64,000 nucleotides of DNA from Candidatus Lustribacter sp. (GTDB lineage Bacteria; Vulcanimicrobiota; Vulcanimicrobiia; Vulcanimicrobiales; Vulcanimicrobiaceae): NCBI GenBank assembly GCA_965277805.1, contig OZ255842.1:544001-608000 (forward strand), in the 5' to 3' direction. Positions 1 through 10,286 of the stretch are shown here, piece by piece. Positions within the stretch are counted from its first letter, which is position 1. Every line of letters starts with the position of its first letter. Below the pieces are notes generated by a model. That model made no database searches and was not told the DNA's origin. It saw nothing but the letters and a program-made list of their open reading frames with translations. The translations under genes and the position numbers were made by a program.

Positions 1-320
1 TCGTCGCCGCCGATGCACACCAGATACCGCACGCCGAGCCGGCGCAACGAGCGCAGGCAGTTCTCGAGCGTCGCCTGATCCTTCGCCGGGTTCGTGCGCG
101 ACGTGCGCAAGATCGAGCCGCCGGTGAAGTGGATGCGCGAGACGTCTTCGATCGTCAGCTCGCGGATCTTCGAGATGTCGCCTTGCGCGATGTGGCGGTA
201 GCCGTCGTAGAGGCCGATCACGCGCAAGCCGTTGTTGATCGCCTCGATCGTCGCTGAGGCGATCACGCCGTTGATGCCGGGCGCCGGCCCACCGCCGACG
301 AGAATCGCGAGGGTGTCCAC
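1..320 (-). CDS. 6-phosphofructokinase, probably PPi-dependent (5' part; runs off the window)
   Basis: Manual translation from GTG at 320: MDTLAILVGGGPAPGINGVI...GGSILRTSR...LVCIGGD(D/E). These are the PFK N-terminal motifs; the ORF is absent from the track because it is truncated. Confidence 0.88.
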   Translation of the reverse strand, partial: MDTLAILVGGGPAPGINGVIASATIEAINNGLRVIGLYDGYRHIAQGDISKIRELTIEDVSRIHFTGGSILRTSRTNPAKDQATLENCLRSLRRLGVRYLVCIGGD

Positions 321-358
321 GGGGGAGATTCCGCGCGCGCCTGGCAAGATTTCCTACC

Positions 359-1729
359 ATGGCAAGCGTCGATAGCGGAAGAATTCTTGATCCCACCTCG
401 GTGTTGGCGCGCCTCGCGCGCATCCCGGGTTCTCCCTGGCACGTTCGCGCTCGGCTGATCCTCGGCATCGCGACGTTCTTCGACGGCTTCGACTTGCTGA
501 CGATCAGCTTTGCGCTGCCGGCATTCGCGGAATCGTGGCATATGACGCCGGGCCAGATCGGTCTCGTCATCTCCTCGGCGTTCTTCGGTCAACTGATCGG
601 CGCGCTGTGCGCCGGCTGGGCGGCTGAACGCTTCGGCCGCCTGCCGGTCGTGGCGGTTGCGGTCGGGTCGTACGCGCTGATGGCGATCGGATGCGCGCTG
701 GCGTGGAGTCCACTGGCGCTGACCGTTTTCCGCTTCGTGCAGGGCCTGGGTCTGGGTGCGGAAGTGCCGATTGCGACGACCTACGTCAACGAGATCGCGC
801 CGGCGCAGTCGCGCGGGCAATTCTACGTGTTTTACGAGCTGATCTTCGTCATCGGTTTGATCGCGGCCGGCGTCGGCGGCGCGGCGATCGTACCGCACTT
901 CGGCTGGCAAGTGATGTTCTACATCGGCGCGCTGCCGCTGCTGCTCGCGTTCGTCTTGACGCACCTGCTGCCGGAATCACCGCGCTGGCTCGTCTCGCGC
1001 GGGCGGATCGCCGAAGCCGACGCCGTGGTCACGCAGATCGAGACGGCCGTCACCGCTTCCGGCCGCGAACTGCCGCCGCCCGAACTGCACGTGACCGTTC
1101 CGGCGCGCGAGAAGGCGCAGGTTGCGGAACTCTTTCGCGGCATCTACCGGCGCCGCACGTTCTGCGTGTGGGCGTTGTGGTTCTGCTGTTTCTCGACGAC
1201 ATACGGCCTCGCCACCTGGCTGCCGACGCTCTACAAGACCGTGCTCCACTTGAGCCTGCAGCAGTCGCTGAACTTCGGCTTGATCACGCAACTGGTGGGC
1301 ATCTGCGGTTCGGTCTTGTTGGCGATCCTCGTCGATCGGGTCGGACGCAAGCCGCTGCTCGCGCTCGGCTTCTTGGGCGGCGGCGTGGCGCTGATCGCGC
1401 TGTTCCTCACCGGCGTCACGACCGCGACGTCGATGCTGATCTTCGTATCGATCGGCACGTTCTTCATGGCCGCGGTCTCGATCGGTCTGAACCTCTACAC
1501 GCCCGAACTCTATCCGACGCGCATCCGCGCGCTCGGCAACAGCATCGGCGGCGCATGGCAGCGTGTCGCCGCCGGCATCGGTCCGAACGTCGTCGCCGGC
1601 CTACTCGGCGCCTACGGCCTGCGTTCCGTCTTCGTGTACTTCGGCATCCTCGCACTCGCCGGCGCCGCCCTCACCTGGGCCTTCGCCACCGAAACCAAAG
1701 GCCAAACCCTCGAAGAGTTGTCACCCTAA
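359..1729 (+). CDS. MFS transporter (aromatic acid/metabolite:H+ symporter-like)
   Basis: About 12 hydrophobic segments; motifs FFDGFD, ERFGR, PESPRWL, ELYPTRIR, ETKG. Confidence 0.92.
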   Translation: MASVDSGRILDPTSVLARLARIPGSPWHVRARLILGIATFFDGFDLLTISFALPAFAESWHMTPGQIGLVISSAFFGQLIGALCAGWAAERFGRLPVVAVAVGSYALMAIGCALAWSPLALTVFRFVQGLGLGAEVPIATTYVNEIAPAQSRGQFYVFYELIFVIGLIAAGVGGAAIVPHFGWQVMFYIGALPLLLAFVLTHLLPESPRWLVSRGRIAEADAVVTQIETAVTASGRELPPPELHVTVPAREKAQVAELFRGIYRRRTFCVWALWFCCFSTTYGLATWLPTLYKTVLHLSLQQSLNFGLITQLVGICGSVLLAILVDRVGRKPLLALGFLGGGVALIALFLTGVTTATSMLIFVSIGTFFMAAVSIGLNLYTPELYPTRIRALGNSIGGAWQRVAAGIGPNVVAGLLGAYGLRSVFVYFGILALAGAALTWAFATETKGQTLEELSP

Positions 1730-1738
1730 CTCCCGGAC

Positions 1739-1878
1739 GCGACCGCGAAGGTGGGAGCAGTGGTTACTAAATGTGGACTCGCGTTACTCCACTGCTCGCG
1801 CCTTCGCGCTCGCACTCAGTAGGAGAGATCGCGGCGCGTTCCTCGTCTGCGCACCTCCGGTGCTTCGCTCGGAATGAC
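1739..1878. repeat. Long imperfect hairpin plus REP-like remnant between convergent genes
   Basis: GCGAAGGTGGGAGCAGTGG (1745-1763) pairs with CCACTGCTCGCGCCTTCGC (1789-1807); followed by CTTCGCTCGGAATGAC (1863-1878). Confidence 0.55.
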
Positions 1879-1886
1879 CAATAGTG

Positions 1887-3014
1887 TTAGGGCCAGATTT
1901 CTTTGGCGGTGTCGACGACGAGTTTTAGTTTGGCCCATTGGTCTTCGGGGGTGATGATGTTGCCTTCGACGACGCTGGCGAAGCCGCACTGCGGGCTGAT
2001 GCCGAGGTTGTCGAGCGGAACGTATTGCGTTGCTTCCTCGACGCGGCGCAGGAGGGTGTCGCGTTTTTCGAGTTCGCCACGCTTCGACGTAACGAGGCCG
2101 AGCACGACGCGTTTATCTTTGGGCATGAAACGGAGCGGCGCGAAATCACCGGAACGGTCGTCGTCGTATTCGAGCAAGAAGTGGTCGCACCGGAGGCCGC
2201 CAAAGAGCGCCTCGGCGATGCGTTCGTAACCGCCTTCGGCGATCCACGCCGAGCGCGCGTTACCGCGGCAGACGTGAATGCCGATTGCGGTTCCGGCGCC
2301 GCGTTCGGCGATGCATTCGTTGATGAGCTTCACGTATCGGCTTAGGCGCTCTTCGGGCACGTCGCCGTTGGCGATCACCTCGGCCCGCATGCGTTCGGAG
2401 ATGAAGTAGGAGAAGAGCGGATCGTCGATCTGGATGTAGCGGCAGCCGGCCGCCTCGAGGTCGGCGATCTCGGCGCGATATGCGCGCACGACGTCGGCGA
2501 AGAACTCTTCGATGTCGGGATAGGCGGTGTCGGAGACGACGCGCCGGCCGCCGTGAAAGTGCAGCCGCGAGGGCGAGGGGATCGTGATCTTCGCCGTGCG
2601 TTCGGTGACGCTCGCGAGAAAGGTGAAGTCGCGTACGAGGATTGGTTCCGGCCGCCGCAACGGCCCGACGGTCACGACGTTCTTCGGCACGTAGTGGACG
2701 GTGCTCGCCGGATCGTGCGCGAAAGCCGGGTTCTGTTCGGCCGCGCGAATCTCGACGCCGCCGAGCCGGCCGATGAAGTCCGCATACCAGTTCTCGCGGC
2801 GGAACTCGCCGTCGGTGATGATCTCGAGACCGACTCGCTCCTGGCCGACCACGACGTCGTGGATCGCCGCGTCCTCGACCGCGCGTAAACGGGCAGCGTC
2901 GATCTCGCCGCGCTCGAACGACTCGCGGGCCGCGAAGACCTCGGCCGGCCGGAGCAAACTGCCGACGTGGTCGGCGCGAAAAAACGGCTTTGTGCGGGTC
3001 GCGGTACTCGTCAT
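1887..3014 (-). CDS. Cobalamin-independent methionine synthase II family protein (catalytic barrel only)
   Basis: RADHVGSLLRP, TDGEFRR, Zn ligands HVC...E...SPQCGF; ATG at 3014. Confidence 0.9.
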   Translation of the reverse strand: MTSTATRTKPFFRADHVGSLLRPAEVFAARESFERGEIDAARLRAVEDAAIHDVVVGQERVGLEIITDGEFRRENWYADFIGRLGGVEIRAAEQNPAFAHDPASTVHYVPKNVVTVGPLRRPEPILVRDFTFLASVTERTAKITIPSPSRLHFHGGRRVVSDTAYPDIEEFFADVVRAYRAEIADLEAAGCRYIQIDDPLFSYFISERMRAEVIANGDVPEERLSRYVKLINECIAERGAGTAIGIHVCRGNARSAWIAEGGYERIAEALFGGLRCDHFLLEYDDDRSGDFAPLRFMPKDKRVVLGLVTSKRGELEKRDTLLRRVEEATQYVPLDNLGISPQCGFASVVEGNIITPEDQWAKLKLVVDTAKEIWP

Positions 3015-3066
3015 CCGACGCCGCTTTGCCGGGCATGGTAGGACCGGCCTGCCTCGTGCCCAACGA

Positions 3067-3540
3067 ATGGGGGCTGTGCGCGAGTTGTCTGCGTCCGTCC
3101 CGGTCAAGGCGCCAAGCGGTTTCGCGCTCGCCTTTTTGAATACGTACGTGCGCGATCGCGCCGGCGTCGACGGCGATGCCTGCCTGCCGCTACGGTACAC
3201 CATCACCCAACTCGCCGGACTCACCCTCGAGCGCGACGTCGCCGTTCGCGTTCAGTACGTGCTGCAAGGGCAAGACGTTCCTGCAACGCTGGACATCGCG
3301 TGGGAACCCGACGCGAGTATCTTCCCGAGTTTCAAGGGCACGCTGCACGCCGATCCGACGGGGAAAGCCGAGTGTGTGCTCGGCATCGACGGGGAGTACG
3401 ATGCCCCGGGCGGCGTGGCCGGCCAGCTTTTTGACGCCGTCATCGGCGTCCGGATCGCGCAAGGTACGCTGGTCCAGTTGCTCGAGCAGTTCCGCGATGC
3501 GATCGAAGACGATTACAAGAAACGGATGGAATTTGCGTAA
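3067..3540 (+). CDS. Hypothetical protein (possibly SRPBCC-like fold)
   Basis: Natural-looking composition from MGAVRELS; its stop overlaps the start of the next gene. Confidence 0.7.
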   Translation: MGAVRELSASVPVKAPSGFALAFLNTYVRDRAGVDGDACLPLRYTITQLAGLTLERDVAVRVQYVLQGQDVPATLDIAWEPDASIFPSFKGTLHADPTGKAECVLGIDGEYDAPGGVAGQLFDAVIGVRIAQGTLVQLLEQFRDAIEDDYKKRMEFA

Positions 3541-4531
3541 CCTGGTCTGCCTCATCACGCTGCTCGGCTCGATCGCGCTGCTCGCTCCGGCTGCGCGCGC
3601 GGCCGACGACGTCAGCATCGGAATGGTCCGCCTGCCGACCGCGATCTTCATTGCCATCGACAAAGGCTTCTTTGCCGCCGAAGGCCTGAACGTCACGCCG
3701 CAGTATTCTCAAAACGGCGCCGAGATCGTGCCCGAGCTTGCCACCGGCAAGATCGACGTCGGGTTTGCATCGCCCGGTGCGTCGCTGTTCAACGCGCTCG
3801 CGATCGGGGTCGATGCGAAGATCGTCGCCGATCCATGGGTCGCACCGCGCACCGCGGGAACGAACGACTACGCCTTCATCGATGTGCGTAAGGATCTCGA
3901 CGCCGGCGGCGCATTCAAGCCGCGGGATGCGAAGGGCCTCACGTTCGCGATTACCGCGCACGGACAGATGACCGAGCTGTTTGCGGCCGCCTATCTGCAG
4001 AGCGGCGGACTCTCGCTCGCCGACGTGCACGTGGTCGAGTTGCCGTTTCCGGCCATGGAGGCGGCGATGCAAAATCATGCGATCGATCTCGCCGCGTCGA
4101 TCGAGCCATATCCGACGCTCGGCGCGCGCAGCGGCGCGAGCGTCAAGGCGGCCGGGATCACCACGCTGATGCCGGGCTACGTGCAGGCCGTGCTGATGTA
4201 CGGCAGCCGGCTGGGGAAGAGCCGGCGCGACATCGGCGTGCGCTTCATGCGCGCGTACGAACGCGCCAACGCGTTTTTGCTGCACAACCTCGCGACCCGC
4301 GTAGGGCGCGCCGAACTCGCGCGTATCTATCAGAAGTACATCCCGCTCGACGATCCGTCGGTCTACCTCGAGACCGGGCTGCCGGCCGGACCGGCCGATC
4401 TGTCGGTCGACATCGACGGTCCGTTTGCGCTGCGCTGGCAGATGCAGCAATACGTGACGCAAGGTTTGGTGAAGACGGTGTCCGATCTCAAGAGCGCCGT
4501 CGACAACAGCTTCGTGCGAGCGGCCAAATGA
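3533..4531 (+). CDS. ABC transporter substrate-binding protein, NMT1/SsuA-like
   Basis: TTG start, signal peptide ending ARA-ADD; AIDKGFFAAEGL, IDLAASIEPY. Confidence 0.85.
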   Translation: MRNLVCLITLLGSIALLAPAARAADDVSIGMVRLPTAIFIAIDKGFFAAEGLNVTPQYSQNGAEIVPELATGKIDVGFASPGASLFNALAIGVDAKIVADPWVAPRTAGTNDYAFIDVRKDLDAGGAFKPRDAKGLTFAITAHGQMTELFAAAYLQSGGLSLADVHVVELPFPAMEAAMQNHAIDLAASIEPYPTLGARSGASVKAAGITTLMPGYVQAVLMYGSRLGKSRRDIGVRFMRAYERANAFLLHNLATRVGRAELARIYQKYIPLDDPSVYLETGLPAGPADLSVDIDGPFALRWQMQQYVTQGLVKTVSDLKSAVDNSFVRAAK

Positions 4532-5556
4532 GACGCAACCGCTTTATCGGGCAGAGCGCGCTTGCGCTCGCGGGGGCCGCGCTCGCGCCGCAGGCGGTGC
4601 TGGCGGCCGATGAAGTCAAGGTCGGGATGCTGCGGCTGCCGACCGCCTTGCTCACCGGCATCGATCAGGGATATTTCAGCGCCGAGAACATCGACGTCAA
4701 GCCGGTGTTCTTCAACACCGATGCCGAAATCGTGCCGGCGCTCTCGAGCGGGCAGGTCGACGTCGCGGGCACCGCGCCCACGGCCGACCTTTTCAATGCA
4801 CTGACGCTGGGCGTGAATGCAACGATCGTTGCCGATTACTGGACGACGCCGAAGGATCTGCCGACGGGCGATTCCGCCTTCATCATGGTGCGCAAGGATC
4901 TCGCGCCGTACGGCACCTTCAAGCCGCAGGACGTGAAGAGCCTCACGCTCGCCGTCACCGGGCACGGCCAGATGGGCGAGCTGTTTGCAACCGAGTATCT
5001 GCAGACGCAGCATCTGCCGACCAGCAACGTAAACTTGGTCGATATGCCGCTTGCCGACATGAACGCGGCGTTTGTGAACCACGCCATCGACATGGCCTCG
5101 AGTATCGATCCGTACGCCACGCTGCTCGTGCAGCAAGGCACGGCGGTGAAGGCAGCTGCGCTCTCGACGCTGATGCCGGGCTACGTCCGGGGTGTGATCT
5201 TGTACGGCCAGCGCATCGGGAAGGCCGATAAGCCGCTCGGGGTGCGCTTTCTGCGCGCATTGTCCAAAGCCAACACCTCGCTCCGCGCACAACTGGCGAC
5301 GCCGGCCGGACGCACCACCGTCGCCGCGATCTATCAGAAGTACATCCCGCTCACCGACCCCACGCTCTATGCGCGCATCGGCCTAGCGACCGGTCCCGAC
5401 GACCCGAAAGTCGACGTTGAGAGCAAGTACGCCCTGCGCTGGCAGATGGAACGTTACGTGTCGGAGGGTCTGGTCACGCAGCGGCCCGATCTCAACAAGT
5501 CGATCGACCACACGTTCGCCGCGCCGCTCGCGCCCGTTCCCGTCCCCAAGAAGTAG
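4528..5556 (+). CDS. ABC transporter substrate-binding protein, NMT1/SsuA-like (tandem paralog of the previous gene)
   Basis: RRxxF signal; shares GQM.ELFA, LMPGYV, YQKYIPL, ALRWQM with the upstream gene; ATGA overlap. Confidence 0.88.
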   Translation: MRRNRFIGQSALALAGAALAPQAVLAADEVKVGMLRLPTALLTGIDQGYFSAENIDVKPVFFNTDAEIVPALSSGQVDVAGTAPTADLFNALTLGVNATIVADYWTTPKDLPTGDSAFIMVRKDLAPYGTFKPQDVKSLTLAVTGHGQMGELFATEYLQTQHLPTSNVNLVDMPLADMNAAFVNHAIDMASSIDPYATLLVQQGTAVKAAALSTLMPGYVRGVILYGQRIGKADKPLGVRFLRALSKANTSLRAQLATPAGRTTVAAIYQKYIPLTDPTLYARIGLATGPDDPKVDVESKYALRWQMERYVSEGLVTQRPDLNKSIDHTFAAPLAPVPVPKK

Positions 5557-6744
5557 TCAGTGCTCGTCCGGATCGTGGACGGCCGGATAGGTTGCGATCT
5601 CGCGGTTGCGCAACTCGTTCCCGTGCCGCTCGACGCGGAGCACGTAGACGTCTTGGACGATGTCGCGCGTCTGTGGATCGATTGCGATCGGACCGCGCGG
5701 GCTATCGAATTTCGTTGACTTGAGCACGGCCATCGTGCGGTCGAGCGAGAGCGGGCCGGCGGGCGTCGTTTGCGAGACGTTATAGATGGCATGCATGGCG
5801 TCATAGATCCCCACCGCCGCTTGACTCGGGGGCTGCGCGTCCGCGCCGTAGACGTCCTTGAAAACCTTGACGAACTCCGTGTTGAGGCGCGAAGGATGGT
5901 CCTGATCGTACATGTTCGAGCTGATCACACCCAGCGCGGCTTCACCCGTGCCGGGGAGACGCTCGTCACTGACCATATCGCCGTTGGCGAGGATCGTGAT
6001 GCCGGCTTTCTGCACGCCGCCCTGATACGCGGTGCGGATGAATGCCGGGCCGGAGTCGCCGACCATAAAGACATAAACCGCATCCGGCTTCGTATCGCGA
6101 ATGCGCTGGACGTATGCGGAGAACTCGCGGGCCGTGAACGGCACCGCGATCTTGCCGAGCACCTTGCCGCCACCAGCGGTGAATCCATGCTCGAACGTTG
6201 CGGCGGCGTCGAGTCCGGGCCCGAAGTCGGCATAGACGATCATCGCCGTTTTGATGTTCTGCTTCAGCGCCCAGGTTACGAGCGGCGCCGTCAGTTGCCC
6301 GTTCGTGAAGCTGAATCGCGTGGTGTACGGATTCGCGGCGAGGATGCCGGCCGTCGACGCGTTTGAGATCAGGAGCGGCACTTTCGCGGCGGTCGATATC
6401 GCACTGACCGCGATGGCGTTCGGCGTGAAGAGCAACCCGGCAAGCAGATCGACGTGCTCTTGGACGATCAGCTCCTGTGCAAGCCGCTTAGCCACGTCGG
6501 GATTCGCGCCGCCGTCGTCGCGCCGGATCAGCACGATCTTTCGTCCGCCGGCGACTTCGCCGTGCTGCTTCACCCAAGCAGCGACGCCCGCGTCGAGCTG
6601 TTTGTCGGCCGGCGCTCCCGTTCCGGTAAACGAGTAGATGACGCCGACCTTGAGAACCGGCATCTCTTGCGCAGTGCCGCGCGTGCTGCAAACGACTGCG
6701 GCAAAGAACACGGCGAGAGCGGCGAGACGGCTGCGATCGATCAC
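5557..6744 (-). CDS. ABC transporter substrate-binding protein, LIV/aromatic-compound type
   Basis: Signal peptide; RDDGG, FTPNA, SPRGPIAIDP. Confidence 0.88.
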   Translation of the reverse strand: MIDRSRLAALAVFFAAVVCSTRGTAQEMPVLKVGVIYSFTGTGAPADKQLDAGVAAWVKQHGEVAGGRKIVLIRRDDGGANPDVAKRLAQELIVQEHVDLLAGLLFTPNAIAVSAISTAAKVPLLISNASTAGILAANPYTTRFSFTNGQLTAPLVTWALKQNIKTAMIVYADFGPGLDAAATFEHGFTAGGGKVLGKIAVPFTAREFSAYVQRIRDTKPDAVYVFMVGDSGPAFIRTAYQGGVQKAGITILANGDMVSDERLPGTGEAALGVISSNMYDQDHPSRLNTEFVKVFKDVYGADAQPPSQAAVGIYDAMHAIYNVSQTTPAGPLSLDRTMAVLKSTKFDSPRGPIAIDPQTRDIVQDVYVLRVERHGNELRNREIATYPAVHDPDEH

Positions 6745-6843
6745 GTAACAACGTCCTTCCTGAAGGGTGCGTGCGCCTCGTGGAGGACTTCAGGTGGTTC
6801 ATTCTAAGCCCTTTCGTGCGGTTTCCGCTTTGGAGGCGATGCG

Positions 6844-8115
6844 ATGCTCAGTCGAGCCGATAACGAACTGATCACGGCGGTGGGGCCGGGCACGCCGATG
6901 GGCAACGCAATGCGCGAGTACTGGCTGCCGGCCGTGCGTTCGGACGAAGTCGATGCCGACGGCGCACCGCTGCGCGTTCGCATGCTCGGCGAAGATCTGA
7001 TCGCGTTCCGTGACTCGACGGGCCGGGTGGGGCTCGTGGAGGCGTTTTGCCCGCACCGCCGCGCGCCGATGTTCTTCGGACGCAACGAAGAAGACGGCAT
7101 TCGCTGCGTCTATCACGGCTGGAAATTCGATGTCGGCGGACGCTGTACCGATATGCCGAGCGAGCCGCCGGACTCACTGTTCAAAGACAAGGTTCGCATC
7201 GGCGCATATCCGTGCCGGGAACGTAACGGCGTCGTTTGGACCTATATGGGCACGCGCACCCAGTTGCCCGAACTGCCGGCCCTGGAATGGAACCTCGTTC
7301 CCGAGCCTCAGCGATACATGACGAAGCGCGTTCAGAACTGCAATTACGTGCAGGCGATGGAAGGCGGTATCGATCCCAGTCACGTGTCGTTTCTGCACGG
7401 AACGCTCCAGCACGATCCGGGCAACATCTTCCAGCTCGACCGCAGCCCGCGCTTCGAGTTGCTCGAGACCGCGTACGGTTTGCGCATCGGCACGTGCCGG
7501 CGCATCGGAGCGGAACGCGTGCACTGGAACATCACGCACTTCATGATGCCGTTTTACAATGCGTTTGCCGTTCCCAACGGTGCAGCCGAACCGTCGATCG
7601 GCGGCTTTGCGTGGGTGCCGATGGACGATACGACGACCATGGCGTGGTGCTTCACTTGGAATCCGGCACGACCGCTCACGGCGGATGAAATCGACGAACG
7701 CACCGCCGTGGAAAGGCTTGGCGGAGGCGTGCACTTACGTCCGCAAGATCTGCTGCCGCCGACCTCGGAGCCGGGCGGCGCGTGGCGGCCGATCGGCAAC
7801 AAGTCGAACGACTATCTACTCGACCGCGAGGCGCAGCGCACGCAGCGGTTCGCGGGCGTCCCCGGCCTTTCGCTGCAAGACGTGTCGCTGCAAGAAGGGA
7901 TGGGCGCGATTTCCGATCGCTCGCGCGAGCATCTCGGTACGAGCGATGCGGCGATCATCAACGCGCGCCGTCTGCTGTTGCGCGCGGCACGCGGCACACT
8001 GCAGGGGCGTGATGAGCCGCAAGCCTATCACGTGCGCGCGTTGGGACTCGCGCTGGTCCCGGAAGAAGACTGGACGGCGGCCGCGGCCTCGTTCGTTACC
8101 CCAGCGGGGGCTTAG
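6844..8115 (+). CDS. Rieske oxygenase alpha subunit, phthalate 4,5-dioxygenase/LigX-like
   Basis: CPH...CVYH Rieske motif; EGGIDPSHVSFLH iron site; EHLGTSD; RBS GGAGG. Confidence 0.92.
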   Translation: MLSRADNELITAVGPGTPMGNAMREYWLPAVRSDEVDADGAPLRVRMLGEDLIAFRDSTGRVGLVEAFCPHRRAPMFFGRNEEDGIRCVYHGWKFDVGGRCTDMPSEPPDSLFKDKVRIGAYPCRERNGVVWTYMGTRTQLPELPALEWNLVPEPQRYMTKRVQNCNYVQAMEGGIDPSHVSFLHGTLQHDPGNIFQLDRSPRFELLETAYGLRIGTCRRIGAERVHWNITHFMMPFYNAFAVPNGAAEPSIGGFAWVPMDDTTTMAWCFTWNPARPLTADEIDERTAVERLGGGVHLRPQDLLPPTSEPGGAWRPIGNKSNDYLLDREAQRTQRFAGVPGLSLQDVSLQEGMGAISDRSREHLGTSDAAIINARRLLLRAARGTLQGRDEPQAYHVRALGLALVPEEDWTAAAASFVTPAGA

Positions 8116-10286
8116 CTGCCGTCCCCGGCGTGCAATAGGTTCAGCACGCGCTCGGCCGTAATCGGCAGTTGCTTGAGGCGCACGCCGCACGCATCGAAGA
8201 CCGCGTTGGAGATGGCAGGACCCAGGCCGCCGGTGTTCAGTTCGCCCGCGCTCTTGCCGCCGAACGGGCCCGGTCCTTTTTCGTCGTCCATGAGCACGGC
8301 GCGAAACGGCGGGATGTCGCGCATGCTCGGAAGTTTGTAGTCGGCGAGCGAGAGGTTGACGATGCGGCCGTCCTCGACGATTAGTTCTTCGGTCATCGCG
8401 TGGCCGAAGCCGAACATGAAACCGCCGTCCACCTGGCCGCGAAACGCGACCGGATTGATCATCGTGCCGGTGTCGGCCACGAACGTGATCTGCTGGATGT
8501 CGACAACGCCCGTTTCGCGGTCGACGGCAACTTCAACGGCATAGGCGGCGTAGTTGTTGGCATCGCCGGCGCCGGGAACTTTGCTCGAGTCATAGCTGCC
8601 GACGAATTCGGGCGGCGTCGCCGACGCGCGCGCGAACGCATCGACGGCATCAGGCCACGTCGCGGCCGTGCCGTTCCAGCCGCGCGCGCGCAGCGCTTCG
8701 CTCAACTGTTCGACCGCGTTGAGCGCGGAGTTGCCGACGATGTGCGTGCCGCGGCTGCCGCCGGCGCCCGGATCCTCGCCGGCTTCATCGGTGCCCTTAT
8801 GGACCATGTGAATGCGTTCGAGCTCGATGCCGAGCTGCGCGCTCACGACGCGCTGCACCGCGGTGAGGTTGCCGCCGCCTTGATCGACGATGCCCGTCTG
8901 GATCTCGATCGTGCCGCCGGGACGCGCGATCAGCTTGACGCTGGTTTTGCCGGCGCCCACGTGACGCTTGAAACCGGAGATCCCGCGGCCGCGGCCGGAT
9001 TCGGGCGGCCGGTTCCAATCGGTCTCAACGCGCAAGCGTTCGAGCACGTCGGTCATGCGTTTCTCGGCGGTGTTGGCGATGCGGAACGCAATCGGATCGG
9101 CGCCGATCTCGCGGATGATGATGTCGAGGTGGGATTCAACGGCGAAGAGGATTTGCGTTTCACCAGGCGCGCGGACATGCCCGCCCGGCACGGTGTGGGT
9201 GTACACGCTCATCGCTTCCCAATTCGCATTCGGGATGTGATAGGGGAGCGCGGGCATCGCGTGGACGGCCGGCAGTACGGTCGGAATCGGTTTGCCCGCG
9301 CCGAAAGCGCCGCCGTTGAAGATGATGCGTCCGTTCATCGCCGCGATTTTGCCGTCGGGCGTGATCGCGGTCTTCAGCGTGATCTTGGAGGCGTGCCGGA
9401 CGTTGGTCGAGCGCATGTCGTCGAGGTAGCTGCGCACGGATTTGATCGGGCGTTTCGTCGCGCGCGCCAGAAAGTAGCAGGCGAACTCATCGACCGAGAG
9501 TCCCTTCGCGCCGAAATCGCCGCCGATGTACGCCTGTTCGACGACGATCGATTCGACCGGCAGGCCGGTCGCGATCGAGAGCTGCTTGCGCAGCGCGAAC
9601 GGCGACTTGTTGGTCGAGTAGACGTGCACGATGTCACGCTCGTCGATCCAGACCATCGTCGCGCGCGGTTCGATCGCGGCGCCGAAGTAGCGCGGCGTCG
9701 AGAAGGTATGCTCGAACACGCGATGCGCGCCGGCGAATGCCGCATCGGGATCGCCGTGCGTCTCGCTCAGGTAGCCTTGCATGTTGGGATGCGGCACGGG
9801 CGACCGTTTGCCCGGGATGATGAACGGATACCGTTCGGGATGGGGGTGAATGACCGGGGCGTCCGCGGCGATCGCTTCTTCGGGATCGAAGATCGCCGGC
9901 AGTTCGTCGTACTGCACGTCGACGGCCTGCGCGGCAGCTTGCGCCGCATCGCGCGTTTCGGCCGCCACCGCGACCACGTACTGACCGATGAAGCGTACGA
10001 CGTCCGTCGCGAGCACGGGCCAGTCGAAGAGCGCGCGGCCGAGGTAGTGTTCGCCGATGTCCGTGCCGGTGAGTACCGCGTGCACGCCGGGCATCTCGCG
10101 CGCCGCCTTCGTGTCGATCGCAACGATCCGCGCGTGCGCGACCGGGCTCGAGACGAACGCAGCCCATAGCATGCCGGGCCGGGCGGCATCGGCCGCGTAC
10201 GCCGCAGCGCCCGAGACTTTCGCGCGGCCTTCGACGCGTATCTCGTTGGTGGCAAACGGCGAACGCGCCGGAGCAATCACGGTCAT
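8112..10286 (-). CDS. Xanthine dehydrogenase family molybdopterin-binding subunit
   Basis: GGDFGAK, RAPG, GGSRGT, GQVDGG, GPFGGKSAGE. Confidence 0.9.
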   Translation of the reverse strand: MTVIAPARSPFATNEIRVEGRAKVSGAAAYAADAARPGMLWAAFVSSPVAHARIVAIDTKAAREMPGVHAVLTGTDIGEHYLGRALFDWPVLATDVVRFIGQYVVAVAAETRDAAQAAAQAVDVQYDELPAIFDPEEAIAADAPVIHPHPERYPFIIPGKRSPVPHPNMQGYLSETHGDPDAAFAGAHRVFEHTFSTPRYFGAAIEPRATMVWIDERDIVHVYSTNKSPFALRKQLSIATGLPVESIVVEQAYIGGDFGAKGLSVDEFACYFLARATKRPIKSVRSYLDDMRSTNVRHASKITLKTAITPDGKIAAMNGRIIFNGGAFGAGKPIPTVLPAVHAMPALPYHIPNANWEAMSVYTHTVPGGHVRAPGETQILFAVESHLDIIIREIGADPIAFRIANTAEKRMTDVLERLRVETDWNRPPESGRGRGISGFKRHVGAGKTSVKLIARPGGTIEIQTGIVDQGGGNLTAVQRVVSAQLGIELERIHMVHKGTDEAGEDPGAGGSRGTHIVGNSALNAVEQLSEALRARGWNGTAATWPDAVDAFARASATPPEFVGSYDSSKVPGAGDANNYAAYAVEVAVDRETGVVDIQQITFVADTGTMINPVAFRGQVDGGFMFGFGHAMTEELIVEDGRIVNLSLADYKLPSMRDIPPFRAVLMDDEKGPGPFGGKSAGELNTGGLGPAISNAVFDACGVRLKQLPITAERVLNLLHAGDGS

